Assembly (NCBI RefSeq): GCF_037042905.1
Contig: NC_087251.1
Span: forward strand, 43,712,001-43,776,000
Origin: Lytechinus pictus
Lineage: Eukaryota
Length of the DNA stretch: 64,000 nucleotides
Direction: 5' to 3'
The notes beneath the pieces were generated by a model. It was not told where the DNA came from. It made no database searches and was given only the letters and a program-made list of their open reading frames with translations. Position numbers and translations under genes: made by a program. The first letter of the stretch is position 1. Every line of letters begins with the position of its first letter. Shown piece by piece: positions 52,686-64,000 of this stretch.

Positions 52686-54215
52686 TAATGACTTAATCGG
52701 CTTTTGGCATATGGTTTTCATTTTTGAAGCATCACTGTACATTAGCACTGTGCGCTGTCTGCGCCTGCGTGTGATGTCGACCTTAGAACTTAGAAATTGG
52801 CCTGTCTGCTGCAACCGATAGATGGCGCAACATTTTGTGAATCAACTAATTTCATTGATAAACCTCAATAGACTTTCAGCAGGACCTATTTTTTTCTGCA
52901 TTCAGTGGGGTATATGGAGATCCAACCATGTTAACAAGCTGCTGTAGATATGGTAAATGTTTGATAAAAAATAAAATGAGAAAAATACAATTGGGATAGA
53001 TTGTTTTCATAAAAAGTGGGAGAGTTAGATGAATATCTTGTGCCTGATGCATCAAACTTTTTCCTTAAAAAAAACTCTTGCAAAAAAAAATTGATGCCTT
53101 TGACACGTAACATATTAAAAAAGTCTGCCAAAAATTGCTAGAGTTTTTCTTTTACGCAGCGGGTCCTTTGATGGTTAATTTCAATCAGAAAAGTGTAAGA
53201 GATGGAAAACTTTACAATTTTTTAAGTTCATCATTTAGACTGTGTATTCCACTCGGAATTAAGTATCTGTAGTAACAAGATTAATTTGTTGTGGTTGAGA
53301 GAGAATCAAAGAACTACATCTCTCTACTTCTATTTGAATGTTTCTATATTATCATACACTAAATAGAAGATTTTACACAGTTGATTTCCTGGATTGCAAA
53401 TGTGAATAATTCTTTTTATGTTTGATGTGATATGAAACATGTACAGGTGATAGTGTTAGTGGAGATGAAGTGCGTTCAAGAGTATTTGAAATGGTGCAAT
53501 AAGCATGGGGCTTGCTGAGTGCTTTTCCACAACATTGTAAATACACAAGATATCTTTGTACCCACGAGCATCATGAAATGAAACCTGTGCATTATCTGTT
53601 TTATCAAGCGGGTCAACAATATAAATATAAAGCAGGAAAAATGGCTACAAATTTGACTTTTTATTAAAAGAAGGCAGGTTGCGTGGCTTATCTATTTGCA
53701 CCACAAAGCCCTTGCCTCTAATTATCTTGGCGAATAAGACTGCATGCAAAATCTGTTTGCTGTTATGCTTATCAAAGTATGTAGTTCCAGTAAACACTGT
53801 TTTAATTAGAAAGTCTTTTATTAAAATCAAGGTTGATTGTCACCATATCATCATAGATCTAGATCTTGTACAGTTACATAGTAAACTGAACTTAAATCTG
53901 AGCTGAAAAGCGATTGCCAACACAGATAACCACATGTGGGACAGTGTATTATAATATTGCTTGGAAAAAAACCCTTATATCTGGCTGTAATGCCATGTTT
54001 ATTTTGCTGATTTCTCAGCAATTACACAATTTCTACTTAAGTCCTTTGTCACATACTGTATATTTACTTATACAGACTAAGACTTGGATGATAATTCTAT
54101 TGGATTCTTTATGGACTCATTTTCAGATTGTTCCCACAACTGGCATTTATTTTTAAGCAAATTTCATTAGCTACAATCTCTTAACCATTTCATAAATCCT
54201 GATCCAAACCTATAG

Positions 54216-54379
54216 GTCAGTCTGGATATGAAAGCACCTTCTTTAGCATCCGAGTATTACACAACAGCTGAGATGGAAACCTTCAAGAAACCCAAGAAGA
54301 AGAGAAGGAAACTAAAAGCCAAGTCAATAGCAGATGAATTAACTCCTCTAGCAGACACAGGCAAGGATCATGGGGCAAG
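54216..54379 (+). CDS. SART1: SART1 exon 9
   Basis: tatag/gtaagt; VSLDMKAPSLASEYYTTAEMETFKKPKKKRRKLKAKSIADELTPL...DHGAR; phase 0-2. Confidence 0.95.
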
Positions 54380-55485
54380 GTAAGTTCTTTTAATACATCC
54401 TACATAAATTAAATCCTGTTGAGTGATTGGTTCAAATAGCATCATGTGGCCAATGATATAACTATGATGTTGAAAACGAAACACCGATGAAGAAAACTTG
54501 CTCAGTCAGTAGGCAAAATAATAAAGGGGTTAATTTAAGAAAGAAAATCTCACAAATCACGAGATTTTGCAGGGAGGAGGATTCATCCACGAGAGGATTT
54601 GGATGAATGTTGCCTATTTGCTCATTAGCATAGGTACCTGCAGACTGACTGTGCTGTGCTTGCTTGCACAGATCATGTGCTTTCTCTGACGCACTGGAAA
54701 GGAAGGTGTCTCTACCGGGCAAGTCCCATGAAGGGACGACTCGAGCACTAATCAGATTACATTGAGTGCAGTTGCTAAGGAAAAGTAGGTCAGTCATCGC
54801 AAGTTACCGGGCTCTGTAAGTGCAGCACATGATGTAGATATTGGTTCAGATTGGGGATGAATTATCAAATACTATTGTGACTTATTTAAAGTAGGATATA
54901 AAAGAAATACATCAAGCATTTCTTTCAAAAGTATATTAATTTAAAGAGAGAATTATTCATCCTTGGTTAGACTGACAATATAAATATAGTTAACTACCAG
55001 TCACAATTCTTTAACTCACTATTACACTATAAAGGCAAAGAAAAATTAGATTTTGTTCACTGAATCTATTCCCTGCTTTTAAAATGTAATATCGAGTCAG
55101 AGCATTGTGGCTGGTAGTGTGATTACAGTCCTTCAAATATTTCCCAGAATAATTCCTGAAAGCCGAGAATATTTGTTTAATTTAGAGGCCTTACCAAAGA
55201 TCATCAGGCGTTTTTTTCCCCAACTTCATGATAATAATAATTATGTATACAAGGGTAGGGAATGATGTTTTTTTCAAGGGCTTTCTTTTTTCCACCACAT
55301 TGGGCATTTGCTGAATTTGAGGGGCTTTTTCGCTCATTGTAAAGGCTACTTATTTAACAAGCAAATATGCTGCAAAAGCATTTATCAATATTCTGCTAAC
55401 TTCTTTCAATAGTGTTTGTGGCATATCTTGGGGTAAATTTGGAAAAGATGGTCCATCCAGTTTACTTTGAGTGATTTGAGGCCAT

Positions 55486-56163
55486 CAGGGCCCTGTTTTA
55501 CAAATAGTTGCGATTGTTCAGATCAATCACAGCTATGGAAGGCCAGCAATGTCAAAATCTAATATGCACGTTTGTTCAAAATATTTTCTAGATATGATGT
55601 ATATTCATGAATTCATTGTTTTCTAGAAAATTCACTGTGCTTCTCTTTGTTTACAAAGGACATTATGCATATTTCCTGTATAAAAAATTATGACACTGAT
55701 GGACTTCCATAGAGTTACGATTGATTGGATCAATGGTAACTCTTTGTAAGATGGGGCCCTGGACAATGTCTTATTGGCATCTTTGCTGGGTGTTTCTTAA
55801 AGTTGTTCTTAAATTACAAGCGACTTTACACGTGACTGGTGACCCTTATGCTCAGTGACATATCCCTGTGCAATACCACCTAAGAACATTTTTCATTCGT
55901 GCATCAAGTTGTTTGTAATCTTTACGATAAGCTTTATGGAACATCCACCTGGGGGGTGTTTCACAAAGATTTAAGTATGAATTAGAGTCGCACTTAAATG
56001 TTGATTTGCCCACGGTATAAAATGCATGACGCATTGGTCAGAACATGCGAAGAGGATGCACACTACTGTGTATTGATAAATAAGATTGCGTATTGCGTAT
56101 CTTGTATGCATCAGCATTTAAGTGAGACTTAAGTCATACTAAAATCTTTGTGATACACCCCCT
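55486..56163. mobile_element. Cluster of three short palindromic MITEs (55486-55761, 55786-55948, 55950-56163)
   Basis: GGGCCC..TACAAA, GGTGTTTC..AAAG and GGGGTGTTTCACAAAGAT TIRs joined at CTG. Confidence 0.75.
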
Positions 56164-56398
56164 GGTTGGGTTAGCCATCCAGCCACTGATGGCCTTATGC
56201 CGCAGTAATTTAGTTATCTTTTTTCTGTCCCTGGTGCTCCAATGGTTGATATTTCTCCTCTTGCATTGTTGTTCTTTATAATTTTCTTTTCTGAATAAAT
56301 AATAAAATAGAAATATATAAAAAGCTAACCAACCGTCCTGTAAACGTCTGGCTTTTGCCCGTCATGTTATTTTGTTGTCACCATTCATTTTGTTTCAG

Positions 56399-56511
56399 AG
56401 GAGGGATAAGGAGAAGACGTAGAGAAGAGGAAGATGATTCAGAAATAAACCCAAGAGTGCCATCCCAGAATGCAGTTGATATGGATGTAGATTTCCCTGA
56501 TGCTGATGAAG
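56399..56511 (+). CDS. SART1: SART1 exon 10
   Basis: tttcag/gtaaac; GGIRRRRREEEDDSEINPRVPSQNAVDMDVDFPDADE; phase 2-1 bridges exons 9 and 11 exactly. Confidence 0.85.
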
Positions 56512-56579
56512 GTAAACAAAAATCTTCTTATCTTCTGTTGGTCGTAAAACTTCTTATCATTCTTTTTCCACATTTTGTC

Positions 56580-57180
56580 TGGTGTTTTAATTTGGATGAT
56601 ATCCAAGAAATGAATGGTGTTTGGTCTGTTTAGTGAAATAGTTCCAAGTATAATAATTACTCTTTATCCTTGTATTGTCTTTATATTTTCCTTTCTGATT
56701 TTTTTTTGCAGTTTTGATACTTTCCTTGCTATTTTAATTGGAATTGCCTCTGAGAGAAATGGAATGTGTGTGATTCTGTTTAGTTGAATTAGTTTCAAGT
56801 ATTCTTTTTATTGTTTTTATCTTTCTTTTTCCATCTTTTCTCTGTTATTTTGATTAGAATGACTTCTGAGAGATATGCATAGTGTTTGATATGCTTTTAT
56901 GAAGTGGTTTGAAGTATTAAATTTCATTCTTTTTATTCTTTATGTCTTTATTTTCCAACCTTATCTTTACTATTTTGCTCAGCTTGTTGAATTAGAATGG
57001 GTTTGGAGAAAAATGAATGGTGTTTGATATGCTTTGATGAAAAGGTACAAAGTATTACTCATTATTTTTTTATTCTTGTATCTTTCCCTTCCCACCTTTT
57101 CCTAACTAATTTGCTCTTTTATTTGGAAAAATGAATGGTGTTTGATATGTATTGATGAAATGGTCCCAAGTATTAATGAT
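56580..57180. repeat. Degenerate about 120-130-bp tandem repeat
   Basis: AATGAATGGTGTTTGATATG...AAGTATT-like motif recurs about 5 times. Confidence 0.6.
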
Positions 57181-58002
57181 TTATTTGTTAATATTTTTAG
57201 TGTCAATTGCCTTGAGTTTGCTTTTCAAGACTTATTTATCACAGACAATATTTTGACAAGGTGTATCATGCGTGAGGTACACACATTTAATTTGCAATCT
57301 GCTATACCGCCAGGAGGCTAGGTTTCCCACCATTCATTGAAATATTTGACGCGGCTTTGCCGGGAATCCTTTCCTGCAATTGCCTGCTCACGGCGTCCTG
57401 TGAGCGCAAGAATTCATACCAATTTAATCGTTGTCGTCCAACATGAATTTTTGCAGGTAATAACTCACCCTATTGGCACACAAAATCAAAGTGCATCATT
57501 GAAAATCAACATTATTTTGTCTTTTCTGAAATTTACATGAAGCAAGTTAACTAGTTCCAGCTAGATAAACCCTCGGATCAACACGACCAATGTGGAAACA
57601 GTGTACTACGGCAAAAGGTGCACATCATATCCCGCATGCAGGGAATGATGCAGTGTGAAATTGGTCGTTTCCATGACATTTGCTCCGGCAATAATTGCTC
57701 AACTATGAATTTCACACAGTATTTGAATGCCTAACTTCAACCCTGGATTTAACACTACATATACCCTACCCTAAACCTGACATAAAACCTTATTACAACC
57801 CTCACCCCAACCCTACATCTTAGACAAAATAAAGCCCACAGAAATTGTTGTATTAGCAAATTTTGGCATTTGTATCAGTAGCAATAATTGTTTTTTTTGC
57901 ATCGGGTTTCCCCGAATTCCAAGATTTTTACATTATGAAGTCATCGCATGAAGTCCTCTTCATGCGATGACTTCATAATGAGGTTCGTGTTATGTCTTGT
58001 AG

Positions 58003-58157
58003 TACCCATCGAGTACGGCCGAGCAAGGGACGATAGCGATGAGGAGATCTGGGGACAAGTCATTGAAGACGAAGCAGAGAAGGAATTACACAACGTGCTC
58101 AACAAAGCCAGGAAACTGAAGCAGAAGGGCAAGAGCAGTCAACGGGTTGAAGATCAG
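58003..58157 (+). CDS. SART1: SART1 exon 11
   Basis: ttgtag/gtgaga; VPIEYGRARDDSDEEIWGQVIEDEAEKELHNVLNKARKLKQK...; phase 1-0. Confidence 0.92.
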
Positions 58158-58179
58158 GTGAGAAATAGTTGTTCTTTAA

Positions 58180-58750
58180 AGGGAAATGAAAGCTTTGGAA
58201 CAAGTAGGCTTGTGACGAAACAGAAAAATCAAAGAATATGAACAAAGAAAGTTTGAGAAAAATCGGACAAATAATGAGAAAGTTATGAGCATTTGAATAT
58301 TGCAATCAATAATGCTATGGAGATCCTCCCATTGGCAATGCGACAAGGATGTGTGTGCTTTCCCTTTGATCGACTATAAAATACCCCCAAAATGTATCTT
58401 TTTTGCTTTTTATTATGGTGATACAAACTCCTCATCCATGATATATTCTTTATAAATCTGTATTACATGCTCTCCTATAGAAAGAACACATGATCTACTG
58501 ATAGATGTGATAAAAGAGGCAGTTTAAGTGAAATATATACTAAAGTAATGGGGAGAGTTGTTCACAAGTGACATCACACATCTTTGTCACATTGCCAATG
58601 GGAGGATCTCCATAGCATTAGTGATCGCAATATTCAAATGCTCATAACTTTCTCATTATTTGTCTGATATTTCTCAAACTCGCGTTGATCTGTTTCTTTG
58701 ATTTTTCTGTTTCCACACAAGCTATCTTGTTCCAAAGGTTTCATTCTCCT
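58180..58750. mobile_element. MITE family K1, opposite orientation to the 3991 copy
   Basis: TTAA TSD on both sides; reverse complement of 3991-4576. Confidence 0.9.
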
Positions 58751-58759
58751 TTAATATAT

Positions 58760-59215
58760 GTGACCAGCCACTCCAAAACCAACAATAAATTGCCAGGGAA
58801 GGTTCTCTGTAAGTACCCAAAATAGTAAATTAGTCTTCAAAAAGCAGCAAAAAAGCGGTATTGTTCTTCATACTGTCAAAATGTGAAGTTTTAAGGGTGA
58901 ATAAAAGACAGGATACAAGAGTTTCTTTGACACCGTTTCTTGCGAACTTCTCGGAAGTTTCACTGAGAATGCACAGTGTGCACACCTCAGGCTTGAGGGA
59001 ATTTATCCCAAACTCAAACATTGTTTCTTCCCTTAGTTTTTGAAGCTTTCGTTGAATATCTTCTGCAATCAATTAAGTACTTGTGAAAGCTATTGTAGAT
59101 TAATTCTAACAAGTTATACATCATTTTAAAGCTTAGGATGTGCTTTTTCAAGCTCAATGAAAATCGCAAAATTCAGTTTGGGCGACTTATTGTTTGTTTT
59201 TGGGTGCCTGGTCAC
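58760..59215. mobile_element. Sola1-like MITE
   Basis: GTGACCAG...CTGGTCAC, ATAT TSD; homologous to 19604-20055. Confidence 0.78.
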
Positions 59216-59415
59216 ATATTTTTTATATGTAAAAAAAAGAGCAAATTTGCCCCAAATGCATGCTTTGGGGCGACCATTCTTTCTAGTGTCGCCCCAAGAT
59301 CTGTCACAAACAATATTCAAGATTGTTTAGAAAATCAATATTCTAAATATGGCAGAATAATGATATTTGCATTTACTGCACGACTGTTTGTTGCCCCTAA
59401 AGAGTAGCACTTTAA

Positions 59416-60652
59416 CCCTATACGTGTCACGGGCCGTTTAGATCGGCCATGTGCTCGTGGCCAGGATGCACGGGCCGATTTGGGACGCCCATATTTCCAT
59501 TGGCTGCTGCTCAGCAGCGATGTATCGTATGGGCTTGTAAGGCAAGCTATGATTGGTTGAAATAATATGGAATTAATAAAGTATTGTATCGAACCGGTGG
59601 CGAAGTTTATCCAATGAAATTGTGTGGTTTATTTCTCATGATTTTGCTCCCGAGGCATGAAAGTTGAATTCGGCCGATGATGCGTTGTTGTGTATAGTGC
59701 TAGTGCAGTGTGCTCGGCGCTGATCAGCTGTGTTGTTATTGTCTGACGTGCCGTGTGATGAATAAAAGAAATTGATGTTTGAGTGGATGGAAATAAAGAT
59801 AGAATGGGTGAATCCGTCGACTTCAACTGGTGAGCGCCGTAATTTATTTGATACATTTGCAATTCGTGATGTTGACGATACCCTGGATAGTTCAGATTTT
59901 GATTTAGATATTGATGAATCCGATGTGGATTTTGGCGATGGCGACGCGAGCATGCAAAGTGCAAGTGGTAGCGACACGGAATCAGTGGCTAGGCCGGCCA
60001 GCCCGGCGGTTGATGGCCAAGCGAGCCGGTGGATTCCCGTTCAGCCCCCTGAACCTATGCGAGATGCAACAAACATGCCGAGGTTTACAGTCAGGGAAGT
60101 TGGGCCTGGGAGAGCTATGTAATTTGCTTTTTGTTTCATTGTGTATTATACCTTGCAAATTTATATTCTCAAGAATACTCAAACTGTAAAATGAAGCAAT
60201 AACAAAATGAAGCAATAACAAAAGAGATGTATTTTTACGCAAAATTTATTACATGACATGGTCACACAAATTTTATTCCACAACGGTCATAAAGAGTCAA
60301 ATTATAAAAAACTAATGTTTTTCTGAAAGCCTAATATATGTTCTAAAATATGCATATACTTTTTTTTCCCATATGATATGTGTTTGAATGAGAAAACATG
60401 GTGATCAGATGCATTACTGACAATGAATGAATTAGTGCAATGGTGTATGAGGGCGCCCTTTGCTGACAGTGAGGGCGCCCTTCATTCGAAAATCATATCA
60501 AAAGATAGGAAATATCATAACCTTCAAAATGGTATATAATTTGTCATGTTTTCTATCAACTGAATACAATAAATCAAGAATTAAAATAAACCTCCTCAAG
60601 TTCCTGCATATAGCCCTGACATGCCCCATTTCCCCATGTGACACTTATAGGG
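59416..60652 (+). mobile_element. Internally deleted piggyBac-like element
   Basis: TTAA TSD, TIR CCCTATA(C/A)GTGTCAC (14/15); contains an acidic D/S-rich ORF fragment 59772-60122. Confidence 0.85.
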
Positions 60653-60984
60653 TTAAAAGAAAGAAATAGCCCCCATGTTTCCGCAATCGCCCCAATGTGG
60701 TAAAAAAGATAGCCTGTCAAAAATAAAGAATTATTTTCTACCCTGTTTGCAACCTTCCTGATATGATTTGTCTATGTTTTCTATTTTTCATGAAAATTGC
60801 TCTCAAATTATCATGACTTGGGCAGTTCATTAAGTTCTAAGAGCAGTGAAAGATGAGGGGGGGTCAGTCATTTAAAAGGTACTTGACAGGTAGAAAGATG
60901 ATAACTTGATTTGTTTTCAGAATTTGATTTGAAATACTGTCAAGTATGTAGACTGTTGTTGACATAATCTCTTCTCCGTACCAG

Positions 60985-61129
60985 GTTGCCAGAGTTGTTG
61001 CCAGTATCAAAGAAGAGCCTGAGGATGAAGAGCCAGCGGCTGCAGCATCGGTCTCAAATAAAGGACCCAACATCATCTTCAACTCAACATCAGAATTCTG
61101 TAGAACCTTGGGTGATATTCCTTCATATG
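60985..61129 (+). CDS. SART1: SART1 exon 12
   Basis: accag/gtaagt; VARVVASIKEEP...NIIFNSTSEFCRTLGDIPSY (conserved FNxTSEFCRTLG); phase 0-1. Confidence 0.95.
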
Positions 61130-61377
61130 GTAAGTGTCAAAAGGTCATGCAATATGTCATCAGTGATTTTATTAACCAGCTTAAACCTAATTTTCTGTCA
61201 AATTTTCTAAATTTATTTTTTTGCCATATTCTTAAAGCCTGTGGTTCACTCTAATGATTTGCCAAATTCTAGATCAAAATTAATATTATTTAAAGAGTAA
61301 GATCATATTTAAATATGTTACGAATGGGCTCAACCCCCTAATTTACAAACTGGCTGAAACCATTCTTTGTGTACCAT

Positions 61378-61652
61378 GACCGGTGTGTTGGCTCAGTTGG
61401 TAGAGAGTCCGTCTCACAACGGGGAGGTCGGGGGTTCAAACCCTGGCTGCGTCAGAACAAAAGACGTTAAAAGATGGGAGTTGCTGCTACCCTGTTTGGC
61501 GTTCAACGATTAAAGGGATAGAGCCTCGTCGATCTGGCGCTGCACAGCGGCTGCCGGGCCCATGATCAATTGGGCAAAGCAAATTTTCGGAGTATTTAAT
61601 TTCATGTCTATTTCAAACAATAAATTATGGATTTTCATTTTTTTTTTCTTTT
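61378..61652 (+). mobile_element. tRNA-derived SINE (pol III A/B boxes)
   Basis: A box TGGCTCAGTTGG 61389-61400, B box GGTTCAAACC 61433-61442, tRNA-like anticodon arm, about 200-bp non-tRNA body, T-rich tail; second copy at 26085-26800. Confidence 0.88.
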
Positions 61653-62506
61653 ATAAATTCTCTGGAATGGTGCACACAAGTGGCACGTATGTGGCTTGTG
61701 CCTCTGAAAAAACATGTGCATGGCATGAATTATTTTACGAACTGGCTCAAACCATGGTTTTGTGCCGTTGTAAAACAGTGCGCATGGTGTGAATGATTTA
61801 ATGAAGTGACTCAAACCCGCTGTTTTTGGTAAAAATTAGCAGCTTCTGAAATGCATACATGCACTTCATTTCAAATATTGAACAAAAGAATTTATGAGCG
61901 TCTGAAAAACATCAAAAATTTGAACACGATTATTTCGAAATCATGTTTTGGAGACCAGCCGAGGTTTGAGCCAGTTCGTAAATTGGCTGACGATGTGTGT
62001 GTGAACAGTGGAGTGGGTATGATATTGTGGCCCAAGTTTATGCAATGCCCCATGTCTTTGAGTACATCGTTCTGTATGGTTAAAAGCACAAAAACCAACA
62101 AGGCAATAATTGGATCTGCAATACATAGAAAGTTGATAAGCAGTGATAATGATGAAGAATATTTAAATTCAGGCATTTCATTCAAACGCTTCAAATTTGA
62201 TATTCTTCATCAATTTTCTCGAAGTGTAAGTAAAGTAGATGGGTGTTCAGACATGGGGCACCATTTTTTTTTTTCATTGTTATAATGACAGACCTTTTTA
62301 TTTTGGAGAAAGTTTCATATTTGTTGCGCTTATTTTTGTAATATTTTCAGCACACTTAACTCTTCAGACGATAACGATAAATATCAAGTAAGGCTTTGGG
62401 GGAATACTGAAGAAATTCATGTTAACCTTACGTCCAATTTTGGTTGTGCTGATAAAGGGGTCCCTTGAGGAAAAAAATTACAACATGGCTTGGATCAATT
62501 TGCCCA

Positions 62507-62537
<31 letters not shown>

Positions 62538-63318
62538 AAAAAAAAAAAATTGCTCGAAACAGCACTGGAAACTAAAAGGAAGCCCCTGAAAATCCCCATT
62601 TATTTCAATGTTAAAGCTTATCCAATGTAGCAGATTTGCATAGTAAGTTGTGAAAAGTAACCCTTGAAAATCTGCCTGGCACCCCCTTAATATATCTCAG
62701 TTGGTAAAGTACTGGTGATGTAATCATTTATCCCTGGTCAAAATCCAAGTCAACTCATTTGTGCCCTGTACAAAGCATCAACCCTCATTAACAGGTCCCT
62801 CAGAGAGGAGCTTAAACTGACAGTGCCTTAGCTCTTGATATTAAGTGAGAAGTAGCAATTTCTATTTTTGATGATGTTCAAGTATGACTAAAAAAGTTGT
62901 TAAAGTAATCTATTGAAGCAGTCTTGCTATTGAAGACCACTAGTCAAATGGAGAGTGTAATATTGATCAACCATTCTGAAGTGATATATCTTTGTCATTA
63001 TACTGTGAAATATGCCTGTCCTATTGCATTTATCAGTATGCAAATAGCGAATGGGCATGAGTGTGATGGTACAATATTTCGCATGAAGTGAAAAACTGAT
63101 ACTCTATTCCTTACAGTGAATTTGAATTGTCGTACCATCGTACGAATAAGAAAATTTGCTATTTGTGTTGTACGTTTCAGAAGTTAGTTTGCACTTGCTT
63201 TTTTAGAGAATGGTATATTTTGGTACAAGTTCTACATTCATTTTCCTATTTGCTTGCGTAGAACACGCTTCGTAGGCGTCGTACCATAGAAAATGATAGA
63301 AAACCTTTTCCCACTTAA

Positions 63319-63712
63319 AGAGAAATGCCAGTAGTTGCAGTAAACACTGATTTCATGAGAAAGTCTGTAAAACCAGGCTTAATTGTCAGTATATCATCGA
63401 GGATCTAGATCTGGTACAGTTACATAAACTAAACTTTGTGAAATCTTGAAATCTACGCTGGAAAATGTTCACGCTGAAGATCACTAACACAGATAAGCGC
63501 ACGTGGGACAGTGTATTATTATTGCTTTGAATGTCGGCCCGACGCTTGACCCAAATCCTGTGCTTATTTGCTGATTTCTCAGCAATCACACAATTTCTTC
63601 CAGAATCCATTGGCACATATGTTTTATTTATACAAACAGACACTTTGGTGGTCATTTCATTGGATTCTGTACGAACTCATTTTGATATCGTTACCACAAC
63701 TGGAATTTACCT
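63319..63712 (+). mobile_element. TTAA MITE family K3
   Basis: TTAA TSD; AGAGAAATGCCAGT...ACTGGAATTTACCT. Confidence 0.9.
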
Positions 63713-63748
63713 TTAACACGATAGATGTGTCTTCCTTTGTATTTTCAG

Positions 63749-63909
63749 GCAAGTCGGGTCTTCGTGATGAAGAAGAAGAAACAACGTTGGTAGACATTGA
63801 GAAGGACGATGAGGAGGATGAGGCGATGGAAGATGAAGAAGGAGAAGAAGCAGCCGGAGCATGGAATACAGTCAGCATGGATGATAGGGAAGAAATCAAT
63901 CAAGAGGAG
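63749..63909 (+). CDS. SART1: SART1 exon 13 (gene continues beyond window)
   Basis: tttcag/gtaaaa; GKSGLRDEEEETTLVDIEK...AGAWNTVSMDDREEINQEE; phase 1-0; the conserved C-terminal domain is not yet reached. Confidence 0.9.
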
Positions 63910-64000
63910 GTAAAATTTCCATTTCTTCTTACCAGGCTTCCCATAACTATTTAAATGATACAATACTAACGGTAGTGTATGTTAGTAATGGTATGTCTAA

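Noticed and set aside
45734..54658. RAG/Transib-like transposon bounded by CACAG-starting inverted repeats
   Set aside because: Would enclose five SART1 exons; no TSD, nonamer or RAG-like ORF seen; the right copy appears internal to a longer repeat
61378..61452. tRNA gene (anticodon loop reads CAC)
   Set aside because: Poor acceptor stem, continues into a SINE body, and a homologous dispersed copy exists at 26085
61851..62285. 144-aa ORF in SART1 intron 12
   Set aside because: No recognisable domain or splice fit; exons 12 and 13 join in phase without it

Overview
AT-rich, transposon-dense animal (eukaryotic) genomic DNA. The SINE, the repeat landscape and the protein similarities suggest an invertebrate deuterostome, probably a sea urchin (inference). 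No prokaryotic systems, CRISPR arrays or rRNA are visible. Two divergently oriented genes are present. (1) SART1/SNU66 on +: 13 coding exons reconstructed by hand (39662-63909, 1851 nt, 617 codons, all GT-AG with consistent phases), continuing past the window end. (2) The first coding exon of a phospholipase C beta-4/norpA-like gene on - (15286-15200), whose downstream exons I could not find in the window. The rest is nested mobile DNA: two decayed LINEs, a 4.45-kb foldback element with modular arms (Academ-like ends), Helentron/DINE-like elements, TTAA Kolobok-like, Sola1-like, pogo-like, piggyBac-like and MULE-like MITEs, tRNA-derived SINEs and compound microsatellites. Most notable observations: (a) recurrent TA->TACATGTA/TACTGTA/TACCGGTA micro-insertions, shown by comparing paralogous repeat copies, which look like mass transposon excision footprints; (b) a template-switch rearrangement that copied 143 bp from one LINE relic into a 170-bp duplication of another; (c) a LINE 3' stem-loop with compensatory changes across three copies. 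Family assignments rest on terminal/TSD signatures and recalled protein motifs only; no database search was run.
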